From a virus: a DNA stretch of 64,000 nucleotides. The position numbers and the translations under genes are program-made. Positions 47,743 to 56,925 of this stretch are shown piece after piece. Each line of letters opens with the position of its first letter. Position 1 is the stretch's first letter. The stretch lies in IMG/VR virus record IMGVR_UViG_3300048589_000504, positions 6,609 through 70,608 of that record; one strand, given 5' to 3'. The notes below the pieces were generated by a model. That model saw nothing but the letters and a program-made list of their open reading frames with translations, did not search any database and was not told where the DNA came from.

Positions 47743-48225
47743 TTACCCTTCCTCTACCTCATAACCGAGTGCACGAAAATCAGCAGCGGTCATGAACACG
47801 CTACCGAAAGGCCACGGTATCTCGGCAATCGGTTCATTATCCTTCGGGTAACACTTCGGGCAAACCCACGATAGATGACAGCCCTCGCCCCAAATGATTG
47901 TTGCCAGGCGCTGAGCCGCTTCACCACAGTCGGGACAAAAGACAAGCACGTCTTGCTCTCGCATCTCTTGCAGCTCCCGCTCGTGAAGCGCCTTATTACA
48001 CGCATCTCGCAGCGCCTCGATTTCGGTGCGTGCAAAGTAGCCGATAATACGGCCGTTGTAACCTGTGGGCGGCGGCGTCGCGAACACAACCGGCTTGGCT
48101 ACATACTCGCACCCATCCAGAGAGGCGCTGGCCCGCAGCTCGTACCTGCCTTCTTCATCGTTGTACCTGACATCGAACACGACATCGGCAGGCCAAAGGC
48201 TGCCTTGCTCATTTTCGTTGCTCAT
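47743..48225 (-). CDS. hypothetical protein with zinc ribbon
   Basis: CPDC and CPKC. Confidence 0.55.
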   Translation of the reverse strand: MSNENEQGSLWPADVVFDVRYNDEEGRYELRASASLDGCEYVAKPVVFATPPPTGYNGRIIGYFARTEIEALRDACNKALHERELQEMREQDVLVFCPDCGEAAQRLATIIWGEGCHLSWVCPKCYPKDNEPIAEIPWPFGSVFMTAADFRALGYEVEEG

Positions 48226-48226
48226 T

Positions 48227-48451
48227 TCACCACCCAAACCGCAACAGAGCCAGGATCACAAGCACAGATGTAAGCGCCCCTGCTAGAAACATCACCACGC
48301 CATACACAAACCGCGCCCAGTCAGAGCCGCCGCCATCTCTGAAGGTCGTATCTGGCACGGGACGGATCGGCACTTCCGTATCCTTCCGCTTCTGGTAACG
48401 GCCGTCCAAATCATCGATCAACATCCAATATTCGTCACTGCCTTTTTTCAT
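48227..48451 (-). CDS. small membrane protein
   Basis: AAGGAG SD; paralog of 44104-44337. Confidence 0.65.
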   Translation of the reverse strand: MKKGSDEYWMLIDDLDGRYQKRKDTEVPIRPVPDTTFRDGGGSDWARFVYGVVMFLAGALTSVLVILALLRFGW

Positions 48452-48467
48452 TACGCATTCTCCTTTA

Positions 48468-48662
48468 TCATCCCCACACGCCCGCGCGCATGGCGTCAAT
48501 TGTGACCACAGCCAGCCCGGTGGCACTGAAGACAAGCGCCCACAGCCCAATTTTGCGTAGTGCGCCGCGCCATGACAGGACGGCAGTTAAGGCGGGCACG
48601 AACAGGAGCCAGGTCAGCGGCACGCCGCAGCGGAATAGTGTGAGCAGCGCGGCCTTATCCAT
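48468..48662 (-). CDS. small membrane protein
   Basis: Two hydrophobic segments. Confidence 0.5.
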   Translation of the reverse strand: MDKAALLTLFRCGVPLTWLLFVPALTAVLSWRGALRKIGLWALVFSATGLAVVTIDAMRAGVWG

Positions 48663-48846
48663 TTCTGCCCACCCGCCCGCCGATGGCCGCGCTGCGCAGC
48701 CATCTCATCTCTTTCAGCAGTGCCGCCGCCTCCACCGGCCCTACGGAGATGCGCACACCATCAGCGGCGCAGCATTCCAGCGCGACTATGATTTGAGCCA
48801 GGGCTTCTGCTAATTGTTCGTCGGTGTAGTTGCTCGTCTCATTCAT
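48655..48846 (-). CDS. hypothetical protein
   Basis: GAGG SD; coupled. Confidence 0.5.
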   Translation of the reverse strand: MNETSNYTDEQLAEALAQIIVALECCAADGVRISVGPVEAAALLKEMRWLRSAAIGGRVGRNG

Positions 48847-49565
48847 TCTTGCCTCTTTCCTCTGCGGCCAAACAGCCCGCGTACAATTTCCTCCACTTCT
48901 TCCATGCCGCTGCTGTGGTACTGGCAGTCTGGCGCGATTAGGCCACGGCTCAAATACGCCCCGTCGCAGGTGCACTCCGGAACCCACTTCAATATTTCTC
49001 TCAGCGCTTCATCCCGTGCCTGCGCCGCGTCAACTTCGCGGGCGGGTATGTCTACAATGATGCGCCCAAGGTGGGCCTGCAAGCTGGTTAGCAGCGCGTT
49101 TAGCCGTTCTGCTTCGGCCGCTTGTCCGACTAATGTGGCCTGCTTTTCCAGAAGTTCATTCACGCCTTTTAGCCACACCGCCGCCTCCGTTTCAATGGCC
49201 TGCGTCCTCTCACGTTTCGCTATGTCGGCACGGATGTATTCCGTATCTCCGTCGCCAACTGGTTCATCGTAGAACAGTTCGTACCATTCTTGGCTGGTGT
49301 ACTCTGTGATATATGCACCAATACGCTCCGGAGGTCTGCCCATCTCGCTTCTCCCCCTGTCCTCTCGACCATCGCCAACAAACACCTCACCAATCCGATG
49401 CTGCAAATCTTGCGGCAGGTTGGCGTAGTCGATGTGTGGTAGCAGGTCGTGGAGCAAGGTCTGTAGTTTTGCGGCCCGATCGCGACGCTCTGGATCGAGG
49501 CCGAACTCGCTTGCGGCTCTCTTGTCACTATCACCTTCAAAGCCTTTTAACATCTCATTCTCCAC
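48843..49565 (-). CDS. hypothetical protein
   Basis: 240-aa ORF in the leftward operon; start uncertain. Confidence 0.5.
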   Translation of the reverse strand: MENEMLKGFEGDSDKRAASEFGLDPERRDRAAKLQTLLHDLLPHIDYANLPQDLQHRIGEVFVGDGREDRGRSEMGRPPERIGAYITEYTSQEWYELFYDEPVGDGDTEYIRADIAKRERTQAIETEAAVWLKGVNELLEKQATLVGQAAEAERLNALLTSLQAHLGRIIVDIPAREVDAAQARDEALREILKWVPECTCDGAYLSRGLIAPDCQYHSSGMEEVEEIVRGLFGRRGKRQE

Positions 49566-49855
49566 AACCGCAGCACACGGCCGTTTCGCGTCGTCTCTGT
49601 CCCTTCTTCCACGAAGCCGCGTCGTTCGTACCAGCCGTTGGCGGCCAAATCAGCCGGGCACTTCGCAAACAGGCTCGTCGCGCCGGGCGTCGTTTTCAGC
49701 GTTTCCAGCATCGCCGAGCCAGCGCCCGGCCGCGTGCTGATAATCTCGCGGATGGTGAGCTGCCCGTCGCGGCGCAGATGCCAATGGGCCATGCCACCCT
49801 CGACCAGGAGCAGCTCGCCGCGCTGCGCTGATTCGTAAAGCGTTTCAAAAATCAT
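49547..49855 (-). CDS. GNAT-like acetyltransferase
   Basis: RPGAGSAML...LAANGWYERRGF. Confidence 0.7.
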   Translation of the reverse strand: MIFETLYESAQRGELLLVEGGMAHWHLRRDGQLTIREIISTRPGAGSAMLETLKTTPGATSLFAKCPADLAANGWYERRGFVEEGTETTRNGRVLRLWRMRC

Positions 49856-50078
49856 CGTCTTCCATCTCCATCGTGCTCGTACCGTCGCTCAATCGCCACG
49901 CTACAAACGCCGGTGACGTGACAGTGATGACCACCTGCCCGATGCCGCAATACATGAGGTAGTCGCCGTGGCGCTCGCAGATCACATCGCCGTAGGGGCT
50001 GCCGTCGCGGTTAACGATGCGGGCCTCGATGGTCACGTTTTCCGGCGGCTGGGCGGCGCTTTCAATCCATTCGTTCAT
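49845..50078 (-). CDS. hypothetical protein
   Basis: MNEWIE..QP start; AGGTG SD. Confidence 0.5.
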   Translation of the reverse strand: MNEWIESAAQPPENVTIEARIVNRDGSPYGDVICERHGDYLMYCGIGQVVITVTSPAFVAWRLSDGTSTMEMEDDDF

Positions 50079-50086
50079 TTCGTCAC

Positions 50087-50569
50087 CTACCAAAGCAGCC
50101 ACTCGGATAGCTGCTTTTCGTCGTCGTCGGCAATGCGGCGTAAGGCATCAGCGACAATATTATGCGCCGATCCGACCACATCATCGTCAATCGCCGCAGC
50201 TGCTTCCAGCCGCGCAATCTCTTTCAGCGCGGCGATTTGCTTTCGCAAGTCGTCTATCTGGTCCTGTACGTTGTTCGCGCACAGTTCATAGATCGGGAGC
50301 GCCTCGGTGCAGGCTTCGGCCATTTCCGCGAACCACGGATCGTCTACGTCCTCCCCAAGTTCAGCGACCATCGCCTGATTCTCTGCCTGGTGCAACCGCG
50401 CCTGCTTCTGCAACGCTTCAGCCCACGTAGACGCGGTGCGATTTGCCCAGTAGGCGCGCTCTTCGCGTTCTTTGCGCTGCGTTGCCCAGCGGTGCCGCTG
50501 TTCTTCTTCAAAATTGTCCACCTGATCGCGGAGCTGCTCTTTTTCGTAGTCGTATGTTATGTCGCTCAT
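50087..50569 (-). CDS. coiled-coil hypothetical protein
   Basis: GAGGTG SD; coupled. Confidence 0.55.
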   Translation of the reverse strand: MSDITYDYEKEQLRDQVDNFEEEQRHRWATQRKEREERAYWANRTASTWAEALQKQARLHQAENQAMVAELGEDVDDPWFAEMAEACTEALPIYELCANNVQDQIDDLRKQIAALKEIARLEAAAAIDDDVVGSAHNIVADALRRIADDDEKQLSEWLLW

Positions 50570-50799
50570 TTCGTCACCTCATCCGGCAGCTCCGGCAGCT
50601 TTTGCCAGTGCGTAATCTTCGGCCTGGCAGTCGGCACGCCTGCCGCACACCACAGCAGACTGCGCTTTTGTTGCGCGTCGTCAAAGCCCTCACCAACGTA
50701 GGCGAGGGTGTAGCGTTGACCATGTTCCAAAGCCAATACCAGCTTGTATGGTTCCGGCTGGGCGTCTGTTGCGTCTATCCATTCGTTTGCCTGGTTCAT
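50566..50799 (-). CDS. DUF551-like phage protein
   Basis: EWID....P...VL...ITHWQKLPELP. Confidence 0.7.
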   Translation of the reverse strand: MNQANEWIDATDAQPEPYKLVLALEHGQRYTLAYVGEGFDDAQQKRSLLWCAAGVPTARPKITHWQKLPELPDEVTK

Positions 50800-50999
50800 C
50801 TCGTCCCCTCGCGCTGCGCCAACTCCGCTTTAATCTTCTGAACAATGGCGCGGTTTGTGTCTAGTCGGTCCTGCACCGAGCCGCCGCTGTAGGTGGCGAT
50901 GCCCTCGCGGATCGCGATTGTGCAGACCTTAATGTCTTGCAGCGACGCGGCCAGATCGTTTTCGAGTTCGCTCGTAGGTATCTCTGTGATGTCATTCAT
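50796..50999 (-). CDS. hypothetical protein
   Basis: GAGGGAG SD; coupled. Confidence 0.55.
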   Translation of the reverse strand: MNDITEIPTSELENDLAASLQDIKVCTIAIREGIATYSGGSVQDRLDTNRAIVQKIKAELAQREGTR

Positions 51000-51008
51000 T
51001 GCGCTCCC

Positions 51009-51434
51009 TCACTCCAATACATTCATTTGCTTCAGCCGCGCCGCACATCGGGCGCAAATCGGCGCGTCGTCGTAGGTGTCCCACTTGTTTAAGGCAGACC
51101 AGCCTCCGCTCCTGCGACCAGGTTGCGTTCCGCAGATGGCGCGCCAAGATATTCGATTCCCGCGCTCAACTTCCAGTGGTAGCAAATGCAACACCCGGCC
51201 AGCAGGGTCGGTGTCGGTTCGGTTGCGCCCCTGCTTCCAACAGTAAACGAATTCGCACATGCGCCCTTCGCTGTACGCGCGTGTCGTGCGTCGATGCAGG
51301 TGATCGTAATACGTAAAAGTTCGATTCATCAACGCTTCGTGACGTTCGCGTGCTTCGCGTTCTGCGATTTCCTCAGCGGTCGGCGGGACCCAATCCGGTC
51401 CCATCAGCGCGATCAACATCTTTTCAAAGCTCAT
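51009..51434 (-). CDS. hypothetical protein (possible zinc-binding)
   Basis: H...AICG...CARC; GGAGG SD. Confidence 0.55.
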   Translation of the reverse strand: MSFEKMLIALMGPDWVPPTAEEIAEREARERHEALMNRTFTYYDHLHRRTTRAYSEGRMCEFVYCWKQGRNRTDTDPAGRVLHLLPLEVERGNRISWRAICGTQPGRRSGGWSALNKWDTYDDAPICARCAARLKQMNVLE

Positions 51435-51673
51435 CTCGCCTCCCCCTGCCCCGCAGCCGCCCAACCCGCAAACAGCGTGTCCGGTCGCGGGATAAAGGAG
51501 TTGCCGGTGCGGAACGTGTCGGTCTGGGCATGGTACGTGGCGAACGTGGCTCCGAGATCGTATACACGGCCGTCTTCCATGATCTTCACTGCCGCGTCGT
51601 CGCCGATGGCGTCGTCGCGATCCTGGCCGCCCGAAAATTTGCTTTCAAAATACTTGTCCAATAAGTCGCTCAT
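51431..51673 (-). CDS. hypothetical protein, first gene of the leftward early operon
   Basis: AAGGAG SD downstream of the operator-bearing promoter. Confidence 0.6.
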   Translation of the reverse strand: MSDLLDKYFESKFSGGQDRDDAIGDDAAVKIMEDGRVYDLGATFATYHAQTDTFRTGNSFIPRPDTLFAGWAAAGQGEAR

Positions 51674-51717
51674 CGTTTTGCTCCTTGCTCTCGCTACTCA
51701 AATGCCTAACTAATCTA

Positions 51718-51745
51718 ATTTTATCATGTATACATGAAATGTCAA
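51718..51745 (-). promoter_or_regulatory. leftward promoter with operator TCATGTATACATGA in its spacer
   Basis: TTGACA-N16-TAAAAT on the minus strand; palindrome at 51724-51737. Confidence 0.75.
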
Positions 51746-51811
51746 TAACTAATTGACCGGTTCATGGCCGCAATCTTTACACGTCAATAACCACGTGATA
51801 TACTGCCGGTT

Positions 51812-52201
51812 ATGAAGTGGATTGCCGCGTTCCTTATCACTTTCGCCCTTGCCTTCATTTTTGGCGCTCTCTCTGTCGTTGCCGACAACCCCCTGCTCGA
51901 CGCAGCCGCGTCGGCTATTGCCCCCACGCCGCCCGATCCATACCAGCAATTACTCGACGCTCGCGCCGCAGAAGGCAGCAGCGTGCCGCTGTTCGTGGCC
52001 GCCGCGCTCATGGGCGTGGTGCTGGTCGGTATCGGCTGGTACGCGCTTTCGGAGCGCACGACCAAGACGCTGCGCGCCTTCAACACCGCGCGACGACCGG
52101 TGCGCACACGCCGCGTTCAGCCGCTGCAACAGGACCAGTACCAGCCCGCGCAGTTTCAACCGATCCAACCCATCGCTCTTCCTGAAGTATCGGAGGTCTA
52201 G
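51812..52201 (+). CDS. membrane protein
   Basis: Signal/TM segment plus a second TM; co-oriented with the ATPase gene. Confidence 0.65.
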   Translation: MKWIAAFLITFALAFIFGALSVVADNPLLDAAASAIAPTPPDPYQQLLDARAAEGSSVPLFVAAALMGVVLVGIGWYALSERTTKTLRAFNTARRPVRTRRVQPLQQDQYQPAQFQPIQPIALPEVSEV

Positions 52202-52204
52202 CCG

Positions 52205-53854
52205 ATGAAACAATTCGCCACGCTTGCCGCGTTCTTCGCCCTGCTGCTCCTTGCCGGATGCGCGCCCGCGCCGACCGGCAGCAGCCAGGCCGCCTACGTC
52301 GCCCTACCCGCGCAGGACGCCGCCGACGCGCGGGCCACGATTGCCGCGGCCGACATCGCGATTCAGGCGACGCGAGAAGTCGGCGCGCAGCAGACGGCCG
52401 TCGCGGTCGATGCGACGCGGGCATGGATCGCCGCCGCAACCGCTGAGGCGCAGGCGGCGACGCGGCAGGCGCAGGCCACGACGCAGGCACTGCAAGGCCA
52501 GCAGACAGTTGTCGCCTTACAGATGGCGGTAGACGAAGCCACGCGCGTCGCGCAGGCCGAGCAGACGGCCGTCGCGGTCACAATTGCCGCTGAGCAGGCG
52601 CGCGAAGAGCTGCGCGCCGGAAACACGCTCATGCTGCGTCAGGCCGAAGAAGAGCGGATGCAGTCCGGCATCTTTTGGCGTAACGTGTTCAATGGCCTGC
52701 TGGCGACGTTGCTGTTTGCCGGTGTTCTCTCGCTGCTCATGATCGCCGGGTCGGTTGTGGCCCGCGTTCGTTCGCTGAACGATAATCCAGTCCGGCAGTA
52801 CAACGACAGCGACGCGCAGATTAACATCCTCGTCGTGCCAAATGGCTTGTTCGGCACCGACGTGCGGCAGATCGGACGGCCGTCTACAGTCGTGCCGCAG
52901 CTCCCCCCGCCCTCGATCCCGCAACTACCCGCGCCGCTGCGCGAACTGCCGGAAATCCAGATCGGCCATGTGTTGGTTGCCGGACAAAGCGGATCGGGCA
53001 AGAGCAGTGTCATGCGAGCGATCATCCGCCACCGCCAAAACGTGGTTGTGCTCGATCCACACGCGGCGCCAGGTGAATGGAACGCCGCTCGCGTCATCGG
53101 CATGGAAGGCAACTTCGACGAGATCGCCGACTTCTTCGGCTGGATGGACGCCGAACTGGATCGGCGCATGGGCCTGCGCGGGCGCGGTGAGCAATTGGAT
53201 TTTGATCCGATGACTGTCGCTACTGACGAAATGCCTGCTATTGTGGATCGGCTTGGGCGCGACGTGGCAAACTCGGCGTGGGTTTCGTGGGTGCGACAAG
53301 GGCGCAAGTACGGGCTGTTCGTCATGATCTCCACGCAATCGACGCGAGTGAAGTCGTTGGGGATCCCCGGCGAGGGCGACCTGGTCAAGCAATTTGAAGC
53401 GGTGATCAGCCTCGGCACTGAGGCGACCGACAACTATCGCACCCTGCTCAATACCGCGCCTCCCGGCAAGGCCGTGCTTCAACTGGCCGGGCAAGCCCCG
53501 CGCGTGATCCGCGTGCCGAACGTGCCCGCCTTTGCCGGGGCATCCGGCTCCCCTGCCGGGGCCAGCTTTGCGGCCGGCAGATCGCAAAATGGCGGGAATG
53601 GCTACGCAGGCAGCGCCGCGTCTGATCTGTTCCGGCCTCGTGCGGACGCGCCGGTCGTGGTGGAGCAAGGCGGTGGGATTGACACGCCGCATGGATTCGT
53701 GACCGCTGCTGAGGTCGATGAGATTTTGCACTACGGCCGTAATATGTCTTCGCTGCGCGGCGTGGCGTACAATGTATACGGCTCCACCGGCGGCGCGGGA
53801 TTTTACAAGACGCGGGCGGTGCTAGACCGGCATGGCGTTGCGCCGGGCGCGTAG
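52205..53854 (+). CDS. lipoprotein-anchored FtsK/HerA-superfamily (TraB/SpoIIIE-like) ATPase
   Basis: Lipobox LLAG|C, Ala/Thr/Gln helical stalk, TM, HVLVAGQSGSGKS, VATDE, RQGRKYG, STQ, C-terminal HTH-like segment. Confidence 0.8.
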   Translation: MKQFATLAAFFALLLLAGCAPAPTGSSQAAYVALPAQDAADARATIAAADIAIQATREVGAQQTAVAVDATRAWIAAATAEAQAATRQAQATTQALQGQQTVVALQMAVDEATRVAQAEQTAVAVTIAAEQAREELRAGNTLMLRQAEEERMQSGIFWRNVFNGLLATLLFAGVLSLLMIAGSVVARVRSLNDNPVRQYNDSDAQINILVVPNGLFGTDVRQIGRPSTVVPQLPPPSIPQLPAPLRELPEIQIGHVLVAGQSGSGKSSVMRAIIRHRQNVVVLDPHAAPGEWNAARVIGMEGNFDEIADFFGWMDAELDRRMGLRGRGEQLDFDPMTVATDEMPAIVDRLGRDVANSAWVSWVRQGRKYGLFVMISTQSTRVKSLGIPGEGDLVKQFEAVISLGTEATDNYRTLLNTAPPGKAVLQLAGQAPRVIRVPNVPAFAGASGSPAGASFAAGRSQNGGNGYAGSAASDLFRPRADAPVVVEQGGGIDTPHGFVTAAEVDEILHYGRNMSSLRGVAYNVYGSTGGAGFYKTRAVLDRHGVAPGA

Positions 53855-53876
53855 CATTTAGGTCGCAAGTAAGGAT

Positions 53877-54095
53877 TTGAGCATGCAAACTGACATGGCG
53901 GCCGCCAACGAAGCCATGCTAGAGATTGCCGTCAACGCGGCTGCGGCCGGGCATGACCTCAGCGGCTTCGAGCCTGTAGAGGATGCGGACGGCCGTGCGA
54001 ACGGCTGGCAAGCACGGTGCAGGATTTGCGGCATGACCGCGTGGGTTGGTCTGAACGGAGTGCAATACAGCCTGTTAGAGGATGTTTGCGAATGA
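53877..54095 (+). CDS. small hypothetical protein
   Basis: GHDL...CRICG...C. Confidence 0.5.
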   Translation: MSMQTDMAAANEAMLEIAVNAAAAGHDLSGFEPVEDADGRANGWQARCRICGMTAWVGLNGVQYSLLEDVCE

Positions 54096-55759
54096 CAAAG
54101 CCGATCACCCGCAACACGCTCTTCTACGGCGACAATCTAGGCGTTCTGCGCAACTATGTGCCAGATGAGAGCGTTGATCTTGTCTATCTCGATCCGCCGT
54201 TCAATTCCAAGCGCACTTATAACGTCCTGTTCAAGCAAGAAAGCGGGGAAGAATCCGAAGCGCAGATCGCCGCGTTTGATGACACTTGGCACTGGGATCA
54301 ATCCACGGCCGCGCAGTATCACGAATTGATCACCGAAGCGCCCGATCATATCAGCCGCATGATCGGGGCCATGCGGGAATTCATCGGCACGAATCAGATG
54401 ATGGCCTATCTGGTCATGATGGCCGCCCGCCTGATCGAACTGCACCGCGTCCTCAAACCCACCGGCAGCCTCTACCTGCACTGCGACCCGACGGCCAGTC
54501 ACTACCTAAAAGTTGTCCTGGATACAATTTTTGAGCCGCAAAACTTCACAAATGAAATTATCTGGAAGCGCACAAACACGCACAATGATGCAACGACAAA
54601 GTTCCCAGATGTAGCAGATATTATCTTGCTATATTCAAAATCAAGAAAGAGCTTGTTTATTCCACAGCATTCAGAACATGATCCGAAATACATTAAGAAT
54701 TTTTATCGTCATGATGATAATGACGGACGGGGTCCATACACCTTAGATAATATGGCAAGTCCTAATCCACGCCCTAACATGATGTATGATTGGAAGGGCT
54801 ATCCATACCCAACAATGGGCTGGCGTTACCAGGAAGAAACGATGGCCAAATTGGATCAGGAAGGGCGAATTTATTATCCCAAAAACAAAGACGGTTCTTT
54901 TGACACCACCAAAAGGCTAAGGTTAAAGCGCTATCTACATGAGCAGCCGGGTCCAGTTATCGGGAACGTTTGGACAGATATATCCCCTGTATCTGCTCAT
55001 GCCACAGAGCGTTTAGGATACCCTACGCAGAAACCTATAGAACTTCTGGAACGCATCATCTCCGCCAGCAGCAACCCCGGCGACGTCGTCCTCGACCCGT
55101 TCTGCGGCTGCGGCACGACCATCGCCGCCGCCCAAAAGCTGGAGCGCCGCTGGATCGGCATCGACATCACCCACCTCTCGATCACGCTCATGAAATATCG
55201 CCTGCAAGAGATGTTCCCCGACGCCGAATTCGCCATCATCGGCGAGCCGGCCGACCTGGACGGCGCGCGCCGCCTGGCCGCGCAAGACCGCCACCAGTTT
55301 GAATGGTGGGCGCTGTCGCTGGTCAAGGCACGGCCGTCCGGCGGCGCAGCGGGCAGCAAGCGCGGCAAAAAAGGCGCGGACCAGGGCATCGACGGCGTGA
55401 TCACCTTCATCGACGACGCCGGCGGCGCGCCCAAACGGATCATCGTGCAGGTCAAAAGCGGCCACGTCAAAAGCGGCGACATCCGCGACCTGGCCGGCAC
55501 CATCGAGCGCGAGAAGGCCGCTATGGGGATATACATCACGCTTGAAGAGCCAACGAAGCCAATGATTACTGAAGCGGCTTCGGCCGGGTACTATCACTCG
55601 CCGGGCTGGAATCAAGACTATCCGCGAATTCAGATTCTAACGATCCGGGAGCTGCTCAACGGCGCGGCTGTAAAGATGCCGCCCGCAGGAATGACCTTCA
55701 AGCAAGCGGAGCGAGTGAAGGAATCGGGGGCAGTCCAGAAAGGTTTGTTCGATGGCTGA
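54092..55759 (+). CDS. N6/N4 DNA methyltransferase fused to Mrr-like endonuclease domain
   Basis: YLDPPFN, YPTQKP, VLDPFCGCGT; C-terminal FE...ADQGIDG...VQVKSG. Confidence 0.88.
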   Translation: MTKPITRNTLFYGDNLGVLRNYVPDESVDLVYLDPPFNSKRTYNVLFKQESGEESEAQIAAFDDTWHWDQSTAAQYHELITEAPDHISRMIGAMREFIGTNQMMAYLVMMAARLIELHRVLKPTGSLYLHCDPTASHYLKVVLDTIFEPQNFTNEIIWKRTNTHNDATTKFPDVADIILLYSKSRKSLFIPQHSEHDPKYIKNFYRHDDNDGRGPYTLDNMASPNPRPNMMYDWKGYPYPTMGWRYQEETMAKLDQEGRIYYPKNKDGSFDTTKRLRLKRYLHEQPGPVIGNVWTDISPVSAHATERLGYPTQKPIELLERIISASSNPGDVVLDPFCGCGTTIAAAQKLERRWIGIDITHLSITLMKYRLQEMFPDAEFAIIGEPADLDGARRLAAQDRHQFEWWALSLVKARPSGGAAGSKRGKKGADQGIDGVITFIDDAGGAPKRIIVQVKSGHVKSGDIRDLAGTIEREKAAMGIYITLEEPTKPMITEAASAGYYHSPGWNQDYPRIQILTIRELLNGAAVKMPPAGMTFKQAERVKESGAVQKGLFDG

Positions 55760-56534
55760 TAAAGAGCTGCAAACACTGGATCAAAAAACAGTCGATTTCT
55801 ACGGCGACGAATTGGCGGCGGCCCGCCTTGATGACGGCCGTATCTACGCCAGTCTGCGGCATATGTGCCAGGCGCTAGATATTGACACAACAGGCCAGCG
55901 GCAGCGGATCAACCGGCACAAGGTTCTCAATTCGGGGCTAGGGGTTTGCAAATTACAAACCCCTGGGGGATTGCAAGATTCTTACGTGCTGCGCGTCGAT
56001 CTGGTTCCGCTATGGTTGACTGGCATCCGTACAAGCGCAGTCAATGAGACAGTCCGACCGAAACTGGAAAAGTTTCAGGAAGAGGCGGCTGCCGTTTTAT
56101 GGGAGGCGTTCCAAGAAGGGCGACTAACTGCCGATACATCATTTGATGATCTGCTGGCCAGCGACAGCCCGACAGCCCAAGCCTACAGAATGGCTCAAGC
56201 GGTGATGACACTGGCACGGCAGCAGCTCCTAATTGAAAGCCGCGTCGTCAACGTGGAAGGTCGCTTGGAGTTGATCGAAGCGCAGCTGGGCGCCTCAGAT
56301 CGGTTTGTTACCGAGGACCAGGCCAGCCAGATCAGCCAAGCCGTGAAAGCGGTGGCAATGGTTCTGAGCAAGGCCAGCGGCACGAATCAATACGGATCAG
56401 TGTATGGCGAGCTGTATCGGAAGTTTGGCATCACCTCATACAAGCAGCTCCCGGCCGCAAGGTTCGAGGAAGCAATGGCATTTCTTACTTCTCGTTTCCG
56501 ATACCACTCGGCGCTGCTAATGTACTTGCTGTAA
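55752..56534 (+). CDS. antirepressor (P22 AR-N-like + ORF6C-like)
   Basis: VDFYGDEL...LRHMCQALDID...QRQRI; VYGELYRKFGITSYKQLPAARFEEA. Confidence 0.8.
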   Translation: MADKELQTLDQKTVDFYGDELAAARLDDGRIYASLRHMCQALDIDTTGQRQRINRHKVLNSGLGVCKLQTPGGLQDSYVLRVDLVPLWLTGIRTSAVNETVRPKLEKFQEEAAAVLWEAFQEGRLTADTSFDDLLASDSPTAQAYRMAQAVMTLARQQLLIESRVVNVEGRLELIEAQLGASDRFVTEDQASQISQAVKAVAMVLSKASGTNQYGSVYGELYRKFGITSYKQLPAARFEEAMAFLTSRFRYHSALLMYLL

Positions 56535-56644
56535 CCTTTCATCGTTTCAATCCATTGTCACCTCAATTTTTACTATCCTTGCCCAGGCAAGCCACGCCGG
56601 GCCTTGCCCAGCATCGCCCCGTCAGGCCTCACCCCGCCTTGAAC

Positions 56645-56790
56645 GTAAAACAGCCACCCTTTACTTCGTAAGTTGTTGAGGCCTACGGCGGTGGTCCCGC
56701 TCAAGCAAAGGGTGGCTGTTTTGCCACGAAGTATTAAGTTTTCATTCAGCGGGTACAAAAACACCACCGCATTCCGTAAGCCTCAACAAA
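56645..56790 (-). ncRNA. candidate structured leader/small RNA
   Basis: Five complementary segment pairs downstream of promoter TTGACT-N16-TATAAT (56822-56795). Confidence 0.55.
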
Positions 56791-56888
56791 AATAATTATA
56801 GCACGGCCGTTCCAGTAGTCAACAACCAAACCGCATGATATTAATGATCGCATCTCCACAGTTAATCAATCAACTTAACTCTGGAAAG

Positions 56889-56922
56889 CAAAAGGCCCAA
56901 CCGGTGATGGTTGGGCCTTTTG
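56889..56922. terminator. bidirectional intrinsic terminator
   Basis: CAAAAGGCCCAACC-N6-GGTTGGGCCTTTTG. Confidence 0.75.
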
Positions 56923-56925
56923 TAT

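Noticed and set aside
52205-53854. ACGGCCGT as a KOPS/TRS-like signal for the FtsK-like ATPase
   Set aside because: A palindrome cannot give directionality, and nothing in the sequence links the two.
55939-55966. Imperfect palindrome GGGGTTTG-N-CAAACCCC inside the antirepressor
   Set aside because: Encodes GVxxxxTP, a pattern common in antirepressor genes; single copy here.
56575-56640. Degenerate 5-mer (GGCNN) repeats
   Set aside because: Too short and irregular to support a functional claim.
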